A program made the translations under genes and the position numbers. From Octopus bimaculoides (lineage: Eukaryota), in NCBI RefSeq assembly GCF_001194135.2, contig NC_068990.1, forward strand, positions 45,807,625 to 45,842,586: a stretch of DNA of 34,962 nucleotides, read 5' to 3'. Below are positions 25,208 to 34,962 of this stretch, one piece after another; positions within the stretch are counted from its first letter, which is position 1, and each line of letters begins with the position of its first letter. The notes under the pieces are model-generated. The model did no database searches, had not been told where the DNA came from, and worked only from the letters and a program-made list of their open reading frames with translations.

Positions 25208-25590
25208 CTTATCTTCTATCTTTTACTTGTTTCACTCATTTGGACTGTGGCACTGTCTTGAAGAGTTTTAGTTGAACAAATCAATCCAAGTACTTACTCT
25301 TGTTTTATTTTTAAGACTGATACTTATCATATTGGTCTCTTTTGCCAAATCACTAAGAAGGACATAAACAAACTAACACTGATTGTCAAGTAGTGGTAGG
25401 GGACAAACACACACATGCACACACAATGGATTCTTTGAGTTTCCATCTAGCAAATCCACTCACAAGACTTTGGTCAGCCTAAGGCTATAGTAGAAGACAT
25501 TTACTTGCTCAGGCTGCCACGTAGAGGGGCTGAATCTGAAACCATGTGATTGGGAAGCAAGCTTTGTACCACACAGCCATGCTTGTGCCT
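25208..25590 (-). mobile_element. Full-length decayed family A SINE with the ...gtaaaaga (B-type) tail
   Basis: Head, CORE-like ccttgggcaag-type segment and tail all recognisable on the minus strand. Confidence 0.75.
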
Positions 25591-25674
25591 ATAAGCATTT
25601 TATTTTTTTTGTGGTGACTGAAAAAATTGACAGTAGATGTGAGGAAACATGAAGAATTATGTGACCAAAGATAG

Positions 25675-25944
25675 TGTGAGCTGTGTGGCAATACCTTGGG
25701 CAAGTGTCTTCTTCTGTAGCCTTGGGTTGATCAATGCCTTGTGAGTGAACTTCGTTGATGAAAATTGTGAGGAAGCTTGTTTTGTGTATATGTTGGTTTG
25801 TTTGCGCCCCCCCCCCCATAACTTAGCAATTCAGCAAAAGAGACTGATAGAATAAGTACCAGACTTAAAAAATAAGTGTCTCACCATAGCCACAGTCCAG
25901 TGACTGGAACAAGTAAAAGACCAAAGATAAATAAAAGTAAAAGA
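25675..25944 (+). mobile_element. Family A SINE (5'-truncated) with B-type tail
   Basis: accttgggcaagtgtcttc...ataacttagcaattcagcaaaagagactgatagaataagtacc...gaacaagtaaaaga. Confidence 0.78.
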
Positions 25945-25989
25945 TGAGCATGTGATAGAATGTTTAGTCAAATGACAGATGACACTTAC

Positions 25990-26119
25990 CTTGATGAGAT
26001 ATTCATCCATGTAACGAGCAAAGAGTAAAAGGAGCTTTTTCTTCTTTTCTAGCTTTGGAGGGACACAGTCAATTGGATACCTTGACTCTTTGCCTGTCAC
26101 ATCATTATACTGTATTAAC
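25990..26119 (-). CDS. PLK2/3: PLK2/3-like exon, end of polo-box 1 (LIQYNDVTGKESRYPIDCVPPKLEKKKKLLLLFARYMDEYLIK)
   Basis: Acceptor tttgcAG, donor GTaagt; 130 nt. The first base completes the AG|G Arg codon from the previous exon. FARYMDEYL matches the polo-box YF..YM.E.L motif. Confidence 0.93.
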
Positions 26120-26330
26120 CTGCAAACAGTGATAGAGAGGTGTTAAGAAAAAAATCACATCTTTATTTACATCATCATCATTTTAGCAACAACTTTTCCA
26201 TGCTTGCATGGGTCTGACAAAATCTATTGAGGTAGATTTTCTATGGCTGTATACCTTTGCTGCTGTTGACCCTAATCTGATTCCCCAGTAATGTTTCTCC
26301 CATGGCCGAACATATTTTGCAGAATACACT

Positions 26331-26526
26331 TTACTCTTTTACTTGTTTCAGTCATTTGACTGCGGCCATGACGGAGCACCGCCTTTAGTCGAGCAAATCG
26401 ACCCCAGGACTTATTCTTTGTAAGCCTAGTACTTATTCTATCGATCTCTCTTGGCGAACTGCTAAGTTACGGGGGACGTAAACACACCAGCATCGGTTGT
26501 CAAGCGATGTTGGGGGACAAACACAG

Positions 26527-26558
<32 letters not shown>

Positions 26559-26632
26559 ATATATACGACAGGCTTCTTTCAGTTTCCGTCTACCAAATCC
26601 ACTCACAAGGCTTTGGTCGGCCTGAGGCTATA
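26331..26632 (-). mobile_element. Young family A/B SINE, 5' part lost in the N gap
   Basis: CpG-rich, near-consensus tcttttacttgtttcagtcatttgactgcggccatg...gcttctttcagtttccgtctaccaaatccactcac. Confidence 0.85.
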
Positions 26633-27340
26633 NNNNNNNNNNNNNNNNNNNNNNNNNNNNNNNNNNNNNNNNNNNNNNNNNNNNNNNNNNNNNNNNNNNN
26701 NNNNNNNNNNNNNNNNNNNNNNNNNNNNNNNNNNNNNNNNNNNNNNNNNNNNNNNNNNNNNNNNNNNNNNNNNNNNNNNNNNNNNNNNNNNNNNNNNNNN
26801 NNNNNNNNNNNNNNNNNNNNNNNNNNNNNNNNNNNNNNNNNNNNNNNNNNNNNNNNNNNNNNNNNNNNNNNNNNNNNNNNNNNNNNNNNNNNNNNNNNNN
26901 NNNNCTATCAGTACCAGATTTAGTCCCATGAAACGTAAGGCATTGATAAATGCATAAAAAAGTATCAGTTGGGGCTTTCTACAATCTCAGCTGTCTCTAC
27001 AACTAAGCGAGAACAGACCAACAATGAAGCCTTTATGTGATCATTCAACATGCTAGAAATAACTGCCAGATTTCCTTTAAACCACACCCTACCATCCTGA
27101 AGCATACAAAAATCACCAAAGAATTATAAAAAACGTCTAGTTTCGTTTGGCTATTGTGAAATATATGACAGAATGGAGAACAGACAGAAATTTAATGTGA
27201 ATTTAATATGAGAATAATTTTCCCAGTTCCCAGATAAACTTTTAAATGAACGAGGCTGGGGAAGATGGAAAAAATATTGTGCATTGCTATCATTATTTGG
27301 TTTCTAACACTACAACAATGTCCACACATTTTGGAGATTA

Positions 27341-27424
27341 TACAAAGGCGAAACATGTCGCCCCCTCAAAATAAGGGTAGAAGAACATCGCAAAGCTGTG
27401 ACACGAGGAGATATTGATAAATCG
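27341..27424 (+). mobile_element. Fragment of a Penelope-like GIY-YIG endonuclease
   Basis: Translates to YKGETCRPLKIRVEEHRKAVTRGDIDKS, matching the Y.GET.R.L..R..EH motif. Confidence 0.8.
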
Positions 27425-27451
27425 TTAAACGATGATGATGATGATGATCAA

Positions 27452-27878
27452 CATCATCATCATCATCGTTGTTTAACGTCCGCTTTCCATGCTAGCATGG
27501 GTTGGATGATTTGACTGAGGACTGGTGAACCAGGTGGCTACACCAGGCTCCAATCTGATTTGGCAGAGTTTTTACAGTTGGATGCCCTTCCTAATGCCAA
27601 CCACTCCGAGAGTGTAGTGGGTGCATTTACGTGCCACCAGCACAAAGGCCAGTCAGGTGGTACTGGCAATGGCCACGCTCGAAATGGTGTATTTTACGTG
27701 ATACACACACATCTGATGGGCTTCTTTCAGTTTCTGTCAACCAAATCCACTCACAAGGCTTTGGCAGGCCTGAGGCTATAGTAGAAGACACTAACCCAAG
27801 GTGCCTGACAATGGGACTGAACCTGGAATCATGTGGTTTAGGAAGAAAGCTTTTTACCACAAAGCCACTCCTATGCCT
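27452..27878 (-). mobile_element. Family A SINE head joined to a (GAT)n-ending, RTE-like tail
   Basis: Tail catcatcatc...aacgtccgctttccatgctagcatggg...ggatgcccttcc; head on the minus strand at 27715-27878. Related tails at ~24490-24740-, 26168-26320- and 32590-32832+. Confidence 0.72.
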
Positions 27879-27937
27879 ATTGAAAATAAGTCATATTCAT
27901 TTACAACAATCGTGTAATGCTACAAACACTCTCTCAT

Positions 27938-27969
<32 letters not shown>

Positions 27970-28419
27970 TTCTTTTAGTTTCCATTTACAAATTCATTCA
28001 CAAGGCTTTGGTTGTCCTGGGGTTATAATAGAAGACACTTGCCTAAGGTGCATGAAACTAGACTGCTATCAGTACCAGATTTAATCCCATGAAACGTAAG
28101 GCATTGATAAATGCATAAAAAAGTATCAGTTGGGGCTTTCTACAATCTCAGCTGTCTCTACAACTAAGCGAGAATAGACCAACAATGAAGCTTTTATGTG
28201 ATCATTCAACATGCTAGAAATAACTGCCAGATTTCCTTTAAACCACACCCTACCATCCTGAAGCATACAAAGATCACCAAAGAATTATAAAAAACACTAG
28301 TTTCGTTTGGCTATTGTGAAATATATGACAGAATGGAGAACAGACAGAAATTTAATGTGGATTTAATATGAGAATAATTTTCCCAGTTCNNNNNNNNNNT
28401 GCTACAAACACTCTCTCAT

Positions 28420-28451
<32 letters not shown>

Positions 28452-29100
28452 TTCTTTTAGTTTCCATTTACAAATTCATTCACAAGGCTTTGGTTGTCCT
28501 GGGGTTATAATAGAAGACACTTGCCTAAGGTGCATGAAACTAGACTGCTATCAGTACCAGATTTAATCCCATGAAACGTAAGGCATTGATAAATGCATAA
28601 AAAAGTATCAGTTGGGGCTTTCTACAATCTCAGCTGTCTCTACAACTAAGCGAGAATAGACCAACAATGAAGCTTTTATGTGATCATTCAACATGCTAGA
28701 AATAACTGCCAGATTTCCTTTAAACCACACCCTACCATCCTGAAGCATACAAAGATCACCAAAGAATTATAAAAAACACTAGTTTCGTTTGGCTATTGTG
28801 AAATATATGACAGAATGGAGAACAGACAGAAATTTAATGTGGATTTAATATGAGAATAATTTTCCCAGTTCCCAGATAAACTTTTAAATGAACGAGGCTG
28901 GGGAAGATGGAAAAAATATTGTGCATTATTATCATTATTTGGTTTCTAACACTACAACAATGTCCACACATTTTGGAGAAGAGGAAAAGCTCATTAGATT
29001 GATTGCACTCCACCCAGTGCTAGACTAGACTGGAATTTATTTTCTCTACTCAAGAAAGACATGAGACAAACTGTTGTCATCGATGCCATTGTCATTATCA

Positions 29101-29350
29101 TTGTTGACACCTCGCCTAGTTTAGAATAGAGGCAGCTGATGAAGGAAAAGTTCCATATGTGGCTTGTCTGTTTTCCTATGTGTTCATTCTGTTGTCAGTA
29201 AAAAAAGTTTGTTTTTTGTGCTTTGTTTATGTTCCCGTTCCTTTTTTGTCCACGTGTTTTTGATGTCCTGTACCTGGATATGCATCTATATATACATGTA
29301 GATGAAGGTATGTACATATATGTATGTATATATGCATATGCTCACATATC
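29101..29350 (+). mobile_element. Second, 5'-truncated copy of the same Penelope-like tail
   Basis: gcagctgatgaaggaaaa...tgtcctgtacc...gatat.cacctatata block aligns by eye with 1365-1550. Confidence 0.5.
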
Positions 29351-29359
29351 ATTTGTATT

Positions 29360-29415
<56 letters not shown>

Positions 29416-30620
29416 TATAATACATATATATAATACATATTTCATTCTTGTATATATATATATATANNNNNNNNNNNNNNNNNNNNNNNNNNNNNNNNNN
29501 NNNNNNNNNNNNNNNNNNNNNNNNNNNNNNNNNNNNNNNNNNNNNNNNNNNNNNNNNNNNNNNNNNNNNNNNNNNNNNNNNNNNNNNNNNNNNNNNNNNN
29601 NNNNNNNNNNNNNNNNNNNNNNNNNNNNNNNNNNNNNNNNNNNNNNNNNNNNNNNNNNNNNNNNNNNNNNNNNNNNNNNNNNNNNNNNNNNNNNNNNNNN
29701 NNNNNNNNNNNNNNNNNNNNNNNNNNNNNNNNNNNNNNNNNNNNNNNNNNNNNNNNNNNNNNNNNNNNNNNNNNNNNNNNNNNNNNNNNNNNNNNNNNNN
29801 NNNNNNNNNNNNNNNNNNNNNNNNNNNNNNNNNNNNNNNNNNNNNNNNNNNNNNNNNNNNNNNNNNNNNNNNNNNNNNNNNNNNNNNNNNNNNNNNNNNN
29901 NNNNNNNNNNNNNNNNNNNNNNNNNNNNNNNNNNNNNNNNNNNNNNNNNNNNNNNNNNNNNNNNNNNNNNNNNNNNNNNNNNNNNNNNNNNNNNNNNNNN
30001 NNNNNNNNNNNNNNNNNNNNNNNNNNNNNNNNNNNNNNNNNNNNNNNNNNNNNNNNNNNNNNNNNNNNNNNNNNNNNNNNNNNNNNNNNNNNNNNNNNNN
30101 NNNNNNNNNNNNNNNNNNNNNNNNNNNNNNNNNNNNNNNNNNNNNNNNNNNNNNNNNNNNNNNNNNNNNNNNNNNNNNNNNNNNNNNNNNNNNNNNNNNN
30201 NNNNNNNNNNNNNNNNNNNNNNNNNNNNNNNNNNAACTGGCACTTAAAATCTCAAGTTTTTTAATAGACATTTTGTCTTTGGGTTTCTTTTAATAAAAAT
30301 TTCGATTGACTACATAAAGCTGAAGTATTTTATGTAAGCAGATAGAATCTTTAGTTTGAACAAGTTTTAACAGCAGAAGGGGGAGGGGGTAATGGGCCAC
30401 ACTCACAAGAACAAATGGCGTGCTCAGCTGTGCCCCACAGTCATGGTTGTGATGGCGTTGCCATGGGAAATGGCCTGTATTTTACTTTTCTTAATCGTTC
30501 AATATGATCTCAAAATATCCTCCTCATCATCATCAAGCCCTGGACCCTGGACATATATATATAGCAACATTCTGAACACTTACTGATCAGAACCCGCATA
30601 TATATATATATATATATAGT

Positions 30621-30996
30621 GAAGATGCATGGCTCAGTGGTTAGTGCGTTGGGCTCACAATCATGAGGCAGGAGTTTGATTCCTGGACCAGGTCATGGTG
30701 CTTTGTTCTTAAGCAAAACACTTTATTTCACATTGCTCCAGTTCACTTAACTGTAGAAATGAGTTGCGATGTCACTGGTGCCAAGCTGTATCAGCCTTTG
30801 CTTGGATAACACCACCAATGTTATTCAAGAGAAACCCTTGGATAACATCGGTGGCATGGAGAGGTGAGGCTGGTATGCATGGGTAACTGCTGGCCTTTCA
30901 TAAACAACCTTGCCCGGACTTATGCCTTGGAGGGGAACTTTTTAGGTGCAATCCCATGGTCATTCACGACTGAAGGGGTCTTTACCCTTTAACCTT
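30621..30996 (+). mobile_element. Family D SINE, full length, with an internal short duplication (cttggataac)
   Basis: A-box TGGCTCAGTGG; body matches 7196-7476. Confidence 0.8.
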
Positions 30997-31396
30997 TATA
31001 TATATATGTGTTTGTGTGTGTGTGTATGTGTGTGTGTGTGGTGTGTGTGTGTATACATATATATCATCATCATATAAAAAGACTATAGTATTACTTTTCC
31101 CACCCATTTCATAACAACTTGTCTGACATGTTCAACTTAATAACAAAGGAAAAAATATTTCTGACATTAGTCATAATGCCATATTTTAGTATCTATTTTT
31201 ACTGATCTCTCACTTGGTTATCTATATTTAGTATGTTGAATTTCTTTATTTACATCTTGTACACAAAGCTTTAAGGTTTTAACTGCCAGCTTTTTTCATT
31301 CATATTTTTAAAATTTTCTTTTCCCTATTTGAACATCAACAAATATTTTAGTATCTATTTTTACAGAATTCTCACTTGTTAAATACTTCTTTTCTT

Positions 31397-32100
31397 ATTA
31401 CACCTAGATTTGAAGGTGGCAACCTGGCAGGATTGTTAGCATGGTGGATGAAATGCTTAGTGGTATTTCACTCGTTGCTACCTTCTGAGTTCAAATTCTA
31501 CTGAGGTAGACTTTACCTTTCATCCTTTCGTGGTCGATAAAATAAGTACCAGTTGAACACTGGGGTCGATGTAACCAACTTATCCTCCCCCAACCCAAAT
31601 TGCTACCCTTGTGGCAAAATTTGAAACCATGATTACACGTAGACTTAAGGCAGCAAGCTGGCAGAATTGTTAGCATACTGGGCAAAATGATAAGCGGCAT
31701 TTCGCCAGTCTTTACATTCTGAGTTCAAATTCTGCCAAGATCCGTTTTGCCTTTCATCCTTTCAAGGTCAATAAAATAAGTACATGTCAAGCACTGGGCT
31801 TCATGTGATTGACTAGCACCCTCTACTAAAATTTCAGGCCTTGTGCCTATAGTAGAAAGGATTATTACACCTAGACTTAAGGTAGTAAGCTCACAGAATC
31901 ATTAAGCATACCAAAGAAAATGCTTCGTGACATTTCATCTGTCTTTATATTCTGAGTTCAAGTTCTACCAAAGTCGACCTATCCCCTTATTCTTTAGGGG
32001 TCAATGAAATAAGTGCCAGTTAAGCACTAGGGTTGATGTAATTGACTAACCACTTTACTTCAAATTTCAAGCCTTGTGCCTCTAGTAGAAAGAATTATTA
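31397..32100 (+). mobile_element. Three head-to-tail family C SINEs (period ~232-235 bp)
   Basis: Each unit starts attacacc/gtaga(c/t)tt(a/g)agg (31397, 31632, 31864), followed by gctggcagaat...ctgagttcaaatt...cctttcatccttt. Confidence 0.85.
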
Positions 32101-32460
32101 TGGCCTGATTCAAGATTTGTATCTGGTTGTATTAGTTTTAAATGTTCTTTGTTTTTCTTTCAATCAGAAAGTCTTCAACTAAATCACAACTTTACTCAAG
32201 TTACTTTATTTTCCATGATTCTGTTTCGGAAAATATATTTAATTATGCAGCGTGTTGAAGTTTTTCTATATTGCAGTACTGACAAGGTTCTGATGCGAGC
32301 AGATTCACTACATTGTGTCCCTTCCAGGTCAGCTCTGCTTGAACAGTCCTAATTCATGCAGATGTTACGCAATAAGGGATTACATTTAATATTCTATAAT
32401 CAGAGGATTACTTAAATTTTCTCTCAGACAGCTCGGTATAGCTGGCACATTATGTTCAAC

Positions 32461-32832
32461 AGCATGGCTGTGTGATAAGAAGTTTGCTTCCCAGCTACAT
32501 GGTTTCAGATTCAGTCCCACTCTATGGCACCTTGGGCAAGTATCTTCTACTATAGCCCTGTTTTATATATATATGTGTGTGTGTTTCTTTGACTTAGCAT
32601 TGCATGATAGTCATAAACAAATGTCATCATCATGCAAGTGGTGTCCTTCATTTCCAATCTTCTGCGAAAACCTGTCTGGTCATGGGGAAATGTTACCTTA
32701 CTTGGAACCAGATGAGGGTTAACAAGAGGAAAGATGTAGAAAATGTGTCTCAACAAATGCTGTTTGACTCATGCAAGCATAGAAAAGTGGACATTAAAAA
32801 ATGATGATGATGATAATGATGATGATGATGAT
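32461..32832 (+). mobile_element. Family A SINE with (GAT)n tail
   Basis: catggctgtgtgataagaag...caccttgggcaagtatcttc, microsatellite, then tail ending aaatgatgatgatg. Confidence 0.75.
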
Positions 32833-34153
32833 CCTGAGTTCAATTCTTGAAAAGTTTTTATTCTTTCCTAGATTGATTAAGTAAAACTAATGATAGATAA
32901 TGATTAAGTTTAATTGATAACCAGTACTACCCCGAAGATAACTTTTCTTCTCAAACACAGAGTTTTGTGCCAATGAAATAAATATTTCCTTCTTACATGC
33001 CACAGGTATGGCTGCTAGGTTAAAAAAATTCGCTTTGCAACAAAGTGTTTTGGTTTGATTCCACTGTGTAGCACCTTGGGCAAGTCTCTTCTCCCATAAC
33101 TCCAAGCTGGCCAAAGTCTTCTGAGTTGACTACCACTAAATGTTTGATGAGTTCTCAAAATGCCAGATGTCCACTTGAGCAGAGGTTGGTGTTGCTACGT
33201 AAAAACAACAGCAACAGCAGCAAATTTGTATAATAGATTGAACCTCCAGAATGGTTGCTTGGCTTGCTTGAAGTAACAAGCAAATCAGCCTTAATTCACA
33301 TCCCACTGTTTTACAAAAGGAAGGAAACACTATCTAAAGATGGTATGGTGACAGCCAATGTTCAATGAAGTTTGACCAGTGGCTAAACTGTAACAACAGT
33401 ACTCCCATCAACCCCACTGCCGTCATGAACAACAGCAGCAATAACAACTACCAATTAATGAATGCTATTACTCCACTCAGAATAAAGATAACACCATACA
33501 GTAACATCAAACCATGAGGTTAAACTTAAAGCAAAGTGGGATGATATATTGGTTTCAAATTTTGATGCAGGGCCAGCAATCCTGGGAGAGAGGTTAAGTT
33601 GATTACATTGACCCCAGGGCCCAACTGGAACTTATTTTATTGAGCCTGAAAGGATGGAAGGCAACGGCTACTATTTTTAGCAAACTGAATGTATATAGAT
33701 GTAGCTCTTTCATGAGAAAGAAGGTTAGCTGTTGTACAAGCAACACATCCGTATAAGACACATACACATAAGTGTTACAGAAGTTAATGACCAAAGTGTC
33801 AAGCTATATATGTCTCAAAGAAGAATTACAAGAAGAATGAATTTATCTTATTTTAAAATAACAATTAATATGATGAAAATGATTACATTTTATCTCGCAC
33901 TTGTCTTAACAATGAAATTTCCCACACAATGATGATGTCGATAAAAAGGAAAAAAGAAGCCCTCTAACTGTTATCATTAAAACTATGAAGCCCTCTAACT
34001 AAAACTATTTGCAAGTAAATTGTCTCATTTACTGTTATGAAATAAATGAAAGAAATTCCCATTTTTTAAAATCTTTTACAATGAGATCTGCTGTTTATTT
34101 TAATAAAAAATTTTTTTTTTTACTAAACATTTAAATATAATGAATGTAATTAC

Positions 34154-34328
34154 CTTTGGTCTGGTGCAATGACAATTCGTGAAGTGTCATTGAAAAACAC
34201 TCCAATAGAATTGTCAGATAGCTGGAAGCCGAAACCATATTTATTCGTGTAGTCCACCCACTTGGTAACCCAAACTACATCCTGAGAGTTCAGATGAATT
34301 GAAGAGATATGATCCTCTGATATTGTTT
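34154..34328 (-). CDS. PLK2/3: Polo-like kinase (PLK2/3-like) internal exon, start of polo-box 1
   Basis: Translates to [57 protein letters not shown](R), the KWVDY.NKYGFG polo-box 1 signature. Acceptor ttctgcAG, donor GTaatt; 175 nt, phase 1 to phase 2. Confidence 0.95.
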
Positions 34329-34843
34329 CTGCAGAAGAAATTACAGTAAACACTTACTTCAAGTTGATTCATTAAAAAAAAAAGTACAGAAATGAAAAAT
34401 GCCCACACAATTCCAAGAGACAAATCATTGGTCCACTGTATATCTGATGGTGAGAGTGAATAGAAAATTTTCTAACTCAGCAGAGTAAATATCACACAAG
34501 ATATTTTTATAGAGAATCTTCTACATTTCAGCTTTCTTCTGAATGTTTCCATCATTTGCCAAAGAAAGATATATGTATAGATACATATATAGAGTGTACA
34601 AGACATTTTGGCATTGCTGATTTGACAATGATTTATTTCACATCAGATATTTTAATGTTTCTCTCATTCTCTCTTTCCCTCCCTCTCCTTTTCATTTTGA
34701 ACTTGAAGTAGAGAGACATGCTGTTAAATTATTGTTTGGTTCAATAAACAAAGTCAGTCTGTGTTTCACATATATATCACATTGTGCTCTTTTGAGTGTG
34801 AATTTACCTTTGTGAAGGGTCTCATCAGTCTTCATAAAACAAA

Positions 34844-34917
<74 letters not shown>
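34844..34917. repeat. (AAT)n microsatellite, ~24 units
   Basis: Read directly. Confidence 0.95.
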
Positions 34918-34918
<1 letters not shown>

Positions 34919-34962
34919 CTACAGACAGTACACGGCTTTACCAAGGAAATAGATATGAAATT

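Larger units (their letters stand above)
26905..28979 (+). repeat. Local duplication: 26905-27337 is ~98% identical to 28548-28979; 27918-28389 and 28400-28871 are apparently identical across a 10-N gap
   Basis: Direct comparison shows about 8-9 differences for the first pair and none seen for the second. Confidence 0.9.

Noticed and set aside
27346-27362. GGCGAAACATGTCGCC as a minimal hammerhead stem III
   Set aside because: There is no CTGANGA partner nearby, and the sequence is explained as codons G-E-T-C-R of the endonuclease.
604-30293. Long ORFs filled with X (604-, 624-, 13974-, 14023+, 21444-, 26507+, 29227- and others)
   Set aside because: They are open only because they run through N gaps.
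19723-34328. Calling the gene PLK1
   Set aside because: Diagnostic residues (NKYGFG, HTKIII) match PLK2/3 better; a phylogeny is needed to settle it.
34329-34357. GTAAGT donor-like site 29 nt upstream of the PLK exon acceptor (possible micro-intron or microexon)
   Set aside because: 29 nt is too short for a spliceosomal intron, and the nearby alternative AG would shift the frame.

Overview
AT-rich, microsatellite- and SINE-dense animal genomic DNA with six N gaps. The repeat families look like Octopus (inference from recognising the repeats, not a database result). The only supportable gene is the 3' end of a Polo-like kinase on the minus strand: four coding exons (34154-34328, 25990-26119, 24337-24456, 19723-19932) with GT-AG junctions and consistent phases, encoding polo-box 1, the linker and polo-box 2. 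The motifs fit the PLK2/3 subfamily better than PLK1, and the kinase domain lies upstream, outside the window. The rest is tRNA-derived SINEs and fragments of a CR1/L2-like LINE, a hAT transposase and Penelope-like elements. I see no demonstrable new multi-gene system. The best leads are a fold-back element with 235-bp arms enclosing a degenerate TTAGGG tract, a cluster of four Pumilio elements at a CpG-density boundary suggesting a ~8 kb PLK 3'UTR, a polo-box exon bracketed by inverted SINEs, a 133-bp near-perfect hairpin, and a possible decayed hammerhead ribozyme in a Penelope-like tail. SINE and other dispersed-repeat coordinates are approximate (read by eye).
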